Positions 1-7,621 of a stretch of DNA of 64,000 bases are shown here, piece after piece. The notes beneath the pieces were generated by a model. The model made no database searches and was not told the origin of the DNA. It saw only the letters and a program-made list of their open reading frames with translations. Position 1 is the stretch's first letter. Every line of letters starts with the position of its first letter. A program made the position numbers and the translations under genes. Origin of the DNA: Bacteroidota bacterium (lineage in GTDB: Bacteria; Bacteroidota; Bacteroidia; B-17B0; Aurantibacillaceae); NCBI GenBank assembly GCA_025362395.1, contig JANYGK010000063.1:28955-92954 (forward strand). Direction: 5' to 3'.

Positions 1-169
1 TTAAAAGTGAAAGCCACACAAATCCCTCAGAAAATTGTTGAATGGCAAAAATAAATGGTATACACGCAAATAGTATTTGAGATCTGCTTGTTATTTTTTT
101 TATAGAAGCTACTCCTATAGTTGTTAGTATAGCTCCTGAAACAAAACTGGCTGTTGTTGAAAAACACAT
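1..169 (-). CDS. hypothetical polytopic membrane protein, N-terminal part only (gene runs off the left edge)
   Basis: ATG at 169 on the minus strand. Translation MCFSTTASFVSGAILTTIGVASIKKITSRSQILFACIPFIFAIQQFSEGFVWLSLL is hydrophobic and stays open to position 1. Not in the ORF track because no stop lies in the window. Confidence 0.5.
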   Translation of the reverse strand, partial: MCFSTTASFVSGAILTTIGVASIKKITSRSQILFACIPFIFAIQQFSEGFVWLSLL

Positions 170-195
170 ATATTCTATAAAGCGTTAATAAAGTA

Positions 196-612
196 TTATT
201 TGTTTGGTTTTATTTTTTCAGATTTCCTATCTGCCAACCCGGTTAAATTATTAAACTTTGCTTTAATAGTGTTGTTATTAACCTTTAAGTTAACGGTGTA
301 ATAGTAGTAGTCCGAGTTTAGCACCTCTGCTACAAAGCTGTTGTTTAATTTAGGTATCAGGGCCACATTTATACCGGCGTCATTATTATAAAAGAATAGT
401 ATTTCTCCGGAAATGCCTTTATTAGGGATTGGCTTTAAAGCATCATCATACACATAAATGGAAACACAGCCGTAAGATTCAACCGCTTCTATTTTATAGC
501 TTTGAATATTTTTTAATATACCTCCATGAGGTGCGTTAATAATATGAGTGGTGTCCTGCGCTTTAATACTTGATACAAGTATCATAAAAGCAATAATGCA
601 TTTTTCTTTCAT
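196..612 (-). CDS. hypothetical secreted protein
   Basis: 138 aa ORF with an N-terminal signal-like segment (MKEKCIIAFMILVSSIKAQ). No recognisable catalytic motif. Confidence 0.6.
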   Translation of the reverse strand: MKEKCIIAFMILVSSIKAQDTTHIINAPHGGILKNIQSYKIEAVESYGCVSIYVYDDALKPIPNKGISGEILFFYNNDAGINVALIPKLNNSFVAEVLNSDYYYYTVNLKVNNNTIKAKFNNLTGLADRKSEKIKPNK

Positions 613-622
613 TTTCTAAAAT

Positions 623-778
623 TTAAGTTTGAGGGCTATTAAAATCTTTTTCCTTCTCAGGTTCGGGAATAGTTTCATGTTTTTTAGGTTCAGGAACATA
701 GTCCGGTGGAATAGGTCTTTCAGGGTCTGTTTGCGGCATTGGTTTTACTTCAGGTATTTCTTTCGGATAATTTTTCAT
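623..778 (-). CDS. possible small Pro/Glu-rich protein (51 aa)
   Basis: Hand translation MKNYPKEIPEVKPMPQTDPERPIPPDYVPEPKKHETIPEPEKEKDFNSPQT. It fills the gap between two minus-strand genes and is below the ORF-track size cutoff. The antisense ORF 629..922 looks spurious. Confidence 0.35.
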   Translation of the reverse strand: MKNYPKEIPEVKPMPQTDPERPIPPDYVPEPKKHETIPEPEKEKDFNSPQT

Positions 779-789
779 GATTATGTATT

Positions 790-1755
790 TTATTTATTAT
801 TTTCTTTTTCTTTCTTTTTAAAGTACTTTTTAAATGGCCAGGAAAGTTTAAGCGCTTTCATATTTTCATTAAAATTCGCTGAACCATTTTTTATATTATC
901 CATACTCATATTTAGCTTATGAACAAATGTTGTATCAGATATTAGTGTCCCTATTGCGCCATCACCATTCTTTAATTTTTCGGACACATTTTTAAAATTG
1001 CCTGTTATGATTGCAAAAGAATCTGTCACGGCCTCTATATTAATAATGGTTTGTTTAAGTTTTTGCGATAAGGAAGCATCCGTTAATAATGCTCCCATTG
1101 TCCCTTTCCCTGACTTTACATCCTGTACAATTTTGCTCAAGTCGCCGGTTATAACGGCCGTGCGATCACCGGTAATTTTTATTTTCACCAAGGCATTTCT
1201 AACATTGCCGGCAACCACAGAATCGCTCAATAAATTCCATAAGGAGTTTGGCGTATTAAATTTAGCAGAGAACGTTTTTAGGTTTTCGCTTATCACATTT
1301 AAATTATCGTTTGTTACCAATAATTTGCGCAATGCTTTGTCAGTTTCAATGGCGTTTACGGTATTCATAACATCCGCCTCCCTTAATGTTACGCCTCCTC
1401 TTTTTCCCGGCGAAATATTTACCAGTTTACTGCCAAGCAAACCTTCTGTTCCAATACTTGCAACCGCGTAAGAGGTGATGTATTTCTTAATGTCGCTATC
1501 AATAGTAAACTCAACCTTAATGGCTGTATCTGCAATAGCATATATTTTTGAAACCGTACCTACGTTAATTCCATTAAATTGTACGTTATTGCCCGGCATA
1601 AGTCCACTAATATTGCTAAATAAAGCGCTTACATGTATTTTAGAATGGAAAATATTTCTTTTGCTTCCAATAAAATATAGTCCAACTATTAAACACGTAG
1701 CTGCTATTATAACAAACACACCCAGTTTTATTTTTTTTACAGATTGCTCTTCCAT
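790..1755 (-). CDS. mlaD: MlaD/Mce-family substrate-binding component of an ABC lipid-transport-like system
   Basis: Single N-terminal TM helix (KLGVFVIIAATCLIVGLYFIG), then an Mce-type domain and a repetitive helical tail. Last gene of a permease-ATPase-MlaD triplet. Confidence 0.8.
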   Translation of the reverse strand: MEEQSVKKIKLGVFVIIAATCLIVGLYFIGSKRNIFHSKIHVSALFSNISGLMPGNNVQFNGINVGTVSKIYAIADTAIKVEFTIDSDIKKYITSYAVASIGTEGLLGSKLVNISPGKRGGVTLREADVMNTVNAIETDKALRKLLVTNDNLNVISENLKTFSAKFNTPNSLWNLLSDSVVAGNVRNALVKIKITGDRTAVITGDLSKIVQDVKSGKGTMGALLTDASLSQKLKQTIINIEAVTDSFAIITGNFKNVSEKLKNGDGAIGTLISDTTFVHKLNMSMDNIKNGSANFNENMKALKLSWPFKKYFKKKEKENNK

Positions 1756-1760
1756 GTTTT

Positions 1761-2513
1761 CTAATCAAAAAATTGTTTAACTTTTTTATCACTCATATTA
1801 TTTAATTCTTCGAACGTACCGGTTGCATAACATGTACCATCAATTAAAATGACAATTTTATTGGAAGTTATTTTAGCACAGCTTAAATCATGTGATATAA
1901 TGATGGAAGATGTATTATACTTTTTTTGAATTTCCACAATAAGATTGCTTATTTCTTTCCCTGTCACCGGGTCTAATCCACTTGTCGGTTCATCGTAAAG
2001 AATAATTTCAGGTTTAAGAATCAATGTACGCGCTAATGCCACACGTTTTTTCATTCCACCCGAAAGCTCCGAGGGCTTCATGTCTATAGTGTCGGCAAGT
2101 CCAACATTCGTCAATGCATCCAATACTAAATCATTTATAGTATCTTTTGTATCTTTAAGCCAATGCCTTCTTAATGGAAATTCAAGATTTTCCCGAATAG
2201 TCATAGAATCATATAACGCATTACTCTGAAAAAGAAAACCAACCTTCGCTCTCATTTGATCTAAATCATCATGGGAAAGCTTTGATACGTCATTTCCAAA
2301 TACACTTACAATTCCTGAATCAGGTTTAATTAGTCCGATAATACATTTTATTAAAACTGATTTCCCGGATCCTGATTTCCCGATAACAACTACATTTTCC
2401 CCTTGTTTTACGGTCAAGTTTAAATCATTAAGCACACGATTATTACCAAATGATTTTTTAAGATTGATGAGTTCAATAATTGCTTCTTTATTATAGCTTA
2501 CCTTTTCCATCAT
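1761..2513 (-). CDS. mlaF: ABC transporter ATP-binding protein (MlaF-like)
   Basis: Walker A GKSGSGKS, signature LSGGMKKR, Walker B ILYDEPTSGLD. The start overlaps the stop of the upstream permease gene. Confidence 0.9.
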   Translation of the reverse strand: MMEKVSYNKEAIIELINLKKSFGNNRVLNDLNLTVKQGENVVVIGKSGSGKSVLIKCIIGLIKPDSGIVSVFGNDVSKLSHDDLDQMRAKVGFLFQSNALYDSMTIRENLEFPLRRHWLKDTKDTINDLVLDALTNVGLADTIDMKPSELSGGMKKRVALARTLILKPEIILYDEPTSGLDPVTGKEISNLIVEIQKKYNTSSIIISHDLSCAKITSNKIVILIDGTCYATGTFEELNNMSDKKVKQFFD

Positions 2514-3277
2514 AATATGTGAAATATATTAGCAACCTGCGCGGCAATTAAATCAATCATAAAAACCGCAAATATGGAAACCACAACCGATGAGTTAGCT
2601 GATTTACCAACTCCTTCGGTTCCATTTTTAGTATGATAGCCCTTATAACAAGAAATAATTCCGATGGTAAACCCGAAAAACAGTCCTTTAATAACTGAGG
2701 GCAATACATCACTAAAATCAAGCTTAGCAAAAACCTGGTTTGTAAATAAATGAAAACTGACATTCTGATTTATATTAACGCCTATATAAGCGCCGTATAA
2801 AGAAATTGTATCACCCAAAATTATAAGTAGTGGCAACATCAATGTTGCAGCTAAGACGCGTGTTACTACTAAATATTTAAATGGGTTTGTTCCTGAAACC
2901 TCCATAGAATCAATTTGTTCAGTCACCTTCATAGATCCGAGTTCAGCTCCGATGCTTGAGCCAATTTTTCCGGCGCAGGTTAAAGCTGTAATCACAGGAA
3001 CCAATTCTCTTACAAGAGATATAGAAACTACTGATGGCAACCAGGATTCAGTGCCAAAGGTTTCCATGGCGGGTTGCGATTGAATGGTAATAACCAAACC
3101 CATAATAAGCGCTGTTACTGAAACTAAAGTAATGGAGGTATTACCAACAGTATAGCACTGTTTTAAGAATTCATTAAATTCAAATCTTGGTTTAAACAGC
3201 TCTTTAAAAAACCGAACTGCAAACAAATAAATGCCGGCTGTTTCATAAAGAAAATGTTTAAGCGCTATAGATTTCAT
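2510..3277 (-). CDS. mlaE: MlaE/YrbE-family ABC permease
   Basis: 255 aa polytopic protein immediately upstream of and overlapping the MlaF-like ATPase. Typical MlaE length and hydrophobicity pattern. Confidence 0.85.
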   Translation of the reverse strand: MKSIALKHFLYETAGIYLFAVRFFKELFKPRFEFNEFLKQCYTVGNTSITLVSVTALIMGLVITIQSQPAMETFGTESWLPSVVSISLVRELVPVITALTCAGKIGSSIGAELGSMKVTEQIDSMEVSGTNPFKYLVVTRVLAATLMLPLLIILGDTISLYGAYIGVNINQNVSFHLFTNQVFAKLDFSDVLPSVIKGLFFGFTIGIISCYKGYHTKNGTEGVGKSANSSVVVSIFAVFMIDLIAAQVANIFHIL

Positions 3278-3322
3278 TTAAGTTTAAGTTTTAATTTTAT
3301 TAGGTTAATATAAATTAAGTAA

Positions 3323-3694
3323 TTACTTTAAGAATGTTTTTAACCATTTAATGGCTTCTTCTGTTTCCGAAAAAACCTTTGTTGGAACACTGGGATTGTT
3401 TTGTTTAAGATAAAAATTGGCAATTAATTTCTGCCCAAGGTTATTATAGGCAATAGCATCAGCCAAAGTATAAATATTACTTTCTTCACTTGCCGAAAAA
3501 ATCCTCGCTTCTTTATCTATTGTACAAAACTCTCCTGCATCAATAAATACAGGGCGTTTTTTGCCGTTAGCAAGTTTTCCCATTTCTTCTACTGCAAATA
3601 CAGCATCATTCAACGTAATTTCACTATGAGCCTTTAAATGAATGTGTAATATTCCCTCTTTCATTAAGGTAACTTCTATCGTTTTTGTTTTCAT
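3323..3694 (-). CDS. hypothetical protein, STAS/SpoIIAA-like fold suspected
   Basis: 123 aa soluble ORF. The alternating pattern resembles small STAS-like domains. No motif I can name with certainty. Confidence 0.5.
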   Translation of the reverse strand: MKTKTIEVTLMKEGILHIHLKAHSEITLNDAVFAVEEMGKLANGKKRPVFIDAGEFCTIDKEARIFSASEESNIYTLADAIAYNNLGQKLIANFYLKQNNPSVPTKVFSETEEAIKWLKTFLK

Positions 3695-3732
3695 GTGTTT
3701 TTAAAATGAAGTAAAGTAATCAGCGCTTTTAC

Positions 3733-4563
3733 TTAATGGGAATGAAATACAACAAGTGGAATCGATGTGTGATTTGACATGATATTTGTAATACTTCTCT
3801 TCCAAATAGTTTCAGGGAATTTTCTGCTATGTGTTATCATTGAAAGTAAATCCGGTTTTTCTTTTTTTACAAATTCCTCGAGTCCTTCAATAATACTTGA
3901 ATTGGCTTTAATATGAAAAGAAACCTTATCATAGCCGATCTTCTTCTTAATTTCATTAACCAATTTTTGAAGTATACCGGTTGCATCAAAAATATTTAAA
4001 TCCTCTATGTAAACAAATTCTATTTCAGCATTAAACTGTTTGGCAAATACTACTGAATCACTAAAGGCTTTTAAACTATGTTTCTCTAAATCAGTAGCAA
4101 CGGTAACTTTGTAAATGCCTTTAAACTTAGCTTTTGGAGGAACTGCAATAACGGTGCAGGCAGCATCATTTATAATACCGGATGTTGTGCTTCCAAATAA
4201 TGACCTTTCTACAGCTCCTTCACCTGTAGTCCCTAATATTACAATAGAAATTTTATGTTTTTTTATATAGTGAATAATCGTGTCGGTAGCTATACCCGAT
4301 TCCACAATACATTCGGGCTTAATATCAGGAAAAATTTTAAAAAGTGAAGCTGCTAATTCATTCATTTGTTGTTCAGCGCTTTGTCGCCCTTCCATTTTTC
4401 CGATATGAGTATTTGTAAACGGAATATTTAATTCACCGGTCGGACTATCGAATGAATGAAACAAACAAATAGTTGATTCTGTTTTTTGCGCAAAGGCAAA
4501 CGCATACTTAACTGCATTTAATGCATTCTTTGAAAAATCGGTTGGTACAAGAATTGTTTTCAT
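3733..4563 (-). CDS. universal stress protein (tandem UspA domains)
   Basis: 276 aa. Starts MKTILVPTDFS and has two Usp-like halves. Paralogous in length and layout to 35320..36150. Confidence 0.85.
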   Translation of the reverse strand: MKTILVPTDFSKNALNAVKYAFAFAQKTESTICLFHSFDSPTGELNIPFTNTHIGKMEGRQSAEQQMNELAASLFKIFPDIKPECIVESGIATDTIIHYIKKHKISIVILGTTGEGAVERSLFGSTTSGIINDAACTVIAVPPKAKFKGIYKVTVATDLEKHSLKAFSDSVVFAKQFNAEIEFVYIEDLNIFDATGILQKLVNEIKKKIGYDKVSFHIKANSSIIEGLEEFVKKEKPDLLSMITHSRKFPETIWKRSITNIMSNHTSIPLVVFHSH

Positions 4564-4641
4564 AATTTTTTAATGTTAGATAATTTAATTGGAAAGTTAC
4601 AGTCTATACCTCTTTAAAAAGTTATATAACTCTTAAAATGA

Positions 4642-4712
4642 ATTGTATAATTCACAGGTATTTAAAAATTTATGGTATATACACTATTTTGATAATATGT
4701 GAATTATGTAAG
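4642..4712. promoter_or_regulatory. pair of inverted TGTGAATTAT-type motifs in the divergent usp / AI-2E promoter region
   Basis: 4642..4656 is ATTGTATAATTCACA (reverse complement TGTGAATTATACAAT). 4698..4712 is TGTGAATTATGTAAG. Each copy points toward its flanking gene. Related copies occur at 10521, 58164 and 58789. Confidence 0.45.
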
Positions 4713-4804
4713 TTTTATTTTTATTCTATAATACTTTATAACTCTCAATACCTGATTTTTACAAGTTAAAACATGCAACTATTTTAACTAAAAGCTAATT
4801 GTAT

Positions 4805-5881
4805 ATGAACATTACTGCTATATCGGTGATAAAAAAATTACTTTTACTTTTCCTTATTTTTTCAGGATTGTATTTTGCCAAGGCTTTCTTAATGCCTATT
4901 TCAATAGGAGGGGTTTTGGCAACACTCTTTCTACCCTATTGTAGATGGATGGAGAAAAGGAACATACCGAAAGGAGTGGCTGCTTTTATATGTCTTTTAA
5001 CCATCCTCATAATTATAGGCTCAATAGGTTATTTGTTGGTATGGCAAATTTCATCCCTTATGCAGGATTTTGTCTCTATAAAACAAAAAGCGCTTGAAAA
5101 AGGCATATACATTCAGGAATACATATTTAATCATTTAGGTATAGCGATAGAAAAACAATCACAGATTTTTAAGATAGAACAGCCGTCGGTTACAAGTATG
5201 GTTCAAGTAGTTTTAGGATCCTTTAAAGATCTTTTTATTAATATAATTTTGATTATGGCCTATGTTTTTATGTTGCTGTATTATCGTAGTCATATTAAAA
5301 AATTCTTTATAAAGCTTACGCCGCCGGATGAAAGGAAAGAAATGGAACAAATTGTATACAGCTCTACACATGTTGCACAGCAATACCTTTTAGGATTGGC
5401 AAAAATGATTGTGCTCCTGTGGGTTATGTATAGTATTGGCTTTGGAATAATAGGTGTTCACAACTTCATTTTTTTCGCTATTGTTTGCGGGCTTTTAGAA
5501 ATTATTCCTTTTATAGGAAACATTACCGGAACTACAATTACGGTTTTAGTAGCTGCTATTAACGGAGCGGATCTTACAATGCTAATCGGGATTGTTGTAA
5601 CCTATACTATTGTGCAATTTATTCAAAGCTGGATCTTTGAGCCGCTGATAGTAGGGCCACAGGTTAAAATTAATCCACTATTTACAATTTTAGCATTACT
5701 GCTTGGTGAAATTGTTTGGGGCATACCGGGAGTCATCATCGCTATACCAATTACAGCCATGCTTAAAATTACATGTGACCATATAGAAGCTTTAAAACCT
5801 TTTGGGTTTTTAATTGGAGAACTTGATACAGAAAAACCGGGGAAAAATTTCTTATTTAAATTGAAACATTTCTTTAAATAA
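4805..5881 (+). CDS. AI-2E (PerM/YhhT) family transporter
   Basis: Polytopic membrane protein of about 358 aa with the characteristic C-terminal GxxGxxxAIP segment (WGIPGVIIAIPITAM). ATG at 4805 preferred over the TTG at 4799. Confidence 0.8.
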   Translation: MNITAISVIKKLLLLFLIFSGLYFAKAFLMPISIGGVLATLFLPYCRWMEKRNIPKGVAAFICLLTILIIIGSIGYLLVWQISSLMQDFVSIKQKALEKGIYIQEYIFNHLGIAIEKQSQIFKIEQPSVTSMVQVVLGSFKDLFINIILIMAYVFMLLYYRSHIKKFFIKLTPPDERKEMEQIVYSSTHVAQQYLLGLAKMIVLLWVMYSIGFGIIGVHNFIFFAIVCGLLEIIPFIGNITGTTITVLVAAINGADLTMLIGIVVTYTIVQFIQSWIFEPLIVGPQVKINPLFTILALLLGEIVWGIPGVIIAIPITAMLKITCDHIEALKPFGFLIGELDTEKPGKNFLFKLKHFFK

Positions 5882-5883
5882 TA

Positions 5884-7566
5884 GTGGATACTTTCATTCA
5901 TATACTGAAGCTTTGTGCGGGAGTAGGATTATTCCTATTTGCCATGTATCTTATTGAAGAATCGTTAAAAAATCTGTCAGGCAGAAATTTTAAACTTTTT
6001 TTGCAACGCATTACCAAAAATAAATTAGGCGCGGTAACCGGGGGTGCTATTGTAACAGGGGTGCTTCAAAGCAGTTCACTGGTTTCATTAATGGTACTTG
6101 CTTTTGTAGGAGCGGGTGTATTTACCATGAAAAATGCATTGGCAATTATATTAGGTGCAAATTTGGGAACAACCTTAGATAGTTGGTTGGTAGCCACTCT
6201 TGGCTTTAAAACAAATATAGAAGTAGTGGCATATCCGGCAATTTTTGTGGGAGGCTTATTACTTATTTTATTTGGTAAACGAACTTTCGTAAAATATATT
6301 TCCTATTTTTTATTTGGTTTTGGGCTACTATTTATAGGTCTTTCATTTATGAAAACCGCTATGGAGTCTCAGGTTCAGGCCTTTGATTTTTCTCACTACA
6401 CGAAAATGCCATTAGCGGTATTTTTATTAATTGGTTTTTTAATAACCTTATTGGTTCAATCAAGTTCCGTAACAATGGCACTTACACTTACTGCACTTCA
6501 TGTTGGAGCTGTTAACTTTCCTGCAGCGGCAGCTATTGTACTTGGTTCGGAAACCGGAACCACCATTAAATTAGTACTGAGTGGCATTGGTGGAACTGCC
6601 TCAAAAAAAAGGGTTGTATTAGGCAATTTGATATTTAATATAGTCCTCACCTTATTGGCTTTTATATTTATAAAACCTCTTTTGCAATTAATTACTTCTG
6701 TTCTTAATATTACGAGTCCTCTTATTGGATTAGTGACCTTTTCGAGCCTGGTTAATCTGTTTAGTATAGCACTGTTTCTTCCATTTCTAAATCTCTTCGT
6801 TCAATTTCTTGAGAAATTCTTTAAAAACACAGACGTTGCCGGGGCGGCTTTTATTGGACATGCTTCTGTTGAAGAACCACAAACTGCTTTGGATTTATTT
6901 AAAAGAGAGATAAACTATTTTATTTACAACAGTATGCTTCTTAATCTGGAACAGCTTGAAGTTGATGCCGGGTGGTTAAAAGGGAATTCTGACGTAATAA
7001 AGATGAATGAGCGTAAGAAATTCGCCTTAAAAACGACCCCGGAGAAATATGAATTCTTAAAACTTTTACAAGGTGAATTACAAACATTTTATTTATTACT
7101 CAGAACAAAATTGACGGGAGTTCAGTTGGCTGAATTGAGCCAATTGGCTTCTTCCGCCCGTGATAGCATGCACTCCGTAAAGAGCATGAAGGATATTAAA
7201 ACTAATATTACCGATCTTAGTCGCTCTTCCAAAAATATTAAATTCAATGTGTTAAACCTACAAAAAACTCAAACAGAAAATTTATACAAATTATTAAACT
7301 CCTATATAGTGAGTATAGATGCAACCGACTTTGAAAATTTGCAAATGGCATATAGCGACATACAAAAAAACTATAACGACACGCTTACCGGCTTTTACAC
7401 AGACGCTCAAACAACAGCCATTGAAAATATGGATATGACAACCGTTATTAGTTTTAACAGAGAACTCTTCTCATCAAATAAAGCGATGCTAATGGCCGTA
7501 AAAGACTTTTTACTGGACGAAAAACAAGCAGAGGATTTTAATGAAATCCAAGCCGATAATACATAA
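5884..7566 (+). CDS. Na/Pi cotransporter family protein with PhoU-like C-terminal domain
   Basis: Duplicated NptA-type repeats (GANLGTTLDSW and GSETGTTIK) followed by a soluble helical tail. GTG start 2 nt after the AI-2E stop. Confidence 0.85.
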   Translation: MDTFIHILKLCAGVGLFLFAMYLIEESLKNLSGRNFKLFLQRITKNKLGAVTGGAIVTGVLQSSSLVSLMVLAFVGAGVFTMKNALAIILGANLGTTLDSWLVATLGFKTNIEVVAYPAIFVGGLLLILFGKRTFVKYISYFLFGFGLLFIGLSFMKTAMESQVQAFDFSHYTKMPLAVFLLIGFLITLLVQSSSVTMALTLTALHVGAVNFPAAAAIVLGSETGTTIKLVLSGIGGTASKKRVVLGNLIFNIVLTLLAFIFIKPLLQLITSVLNITSPLIGLVTFSSLVNLFSIALFLPFLNLFVQFLEKFFKNTDVAGAAFIGHASVEEPQTALDLFKREINYFIYNSMLLNLEQLEVDAGWLKGNSDVIKMNERKKFALKTTPEKYEFLKLLQGELQTFYLLLRTKLTGVQLAELSQLASSARDSMHSVKSMKDIKTNITDLSRSSKNIKFNVLNLQKTQTENLYKLLNSYIVSIDATDFENLQMAYSDIQKNYNDTLTGFYTDAQTTAIENMDMTTVISFNRELFSSNKAMLMAVKDFLLDEKQAEDFNEIQADNT

Positions 7567-7621
7567 GTACTCCATAAATTAGAATGGTAATTTTATAAAA
7601 ACTCACTTAATATCATAAAAT

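Noticed and set aside
629-922. 97 aa plus-strand ORF
   Set aside because: Phe/Arg-rich low-complexity translation lying antisense to the Pro-rich small ORF and the 3' end of mlaD. This is typical antisense noise.
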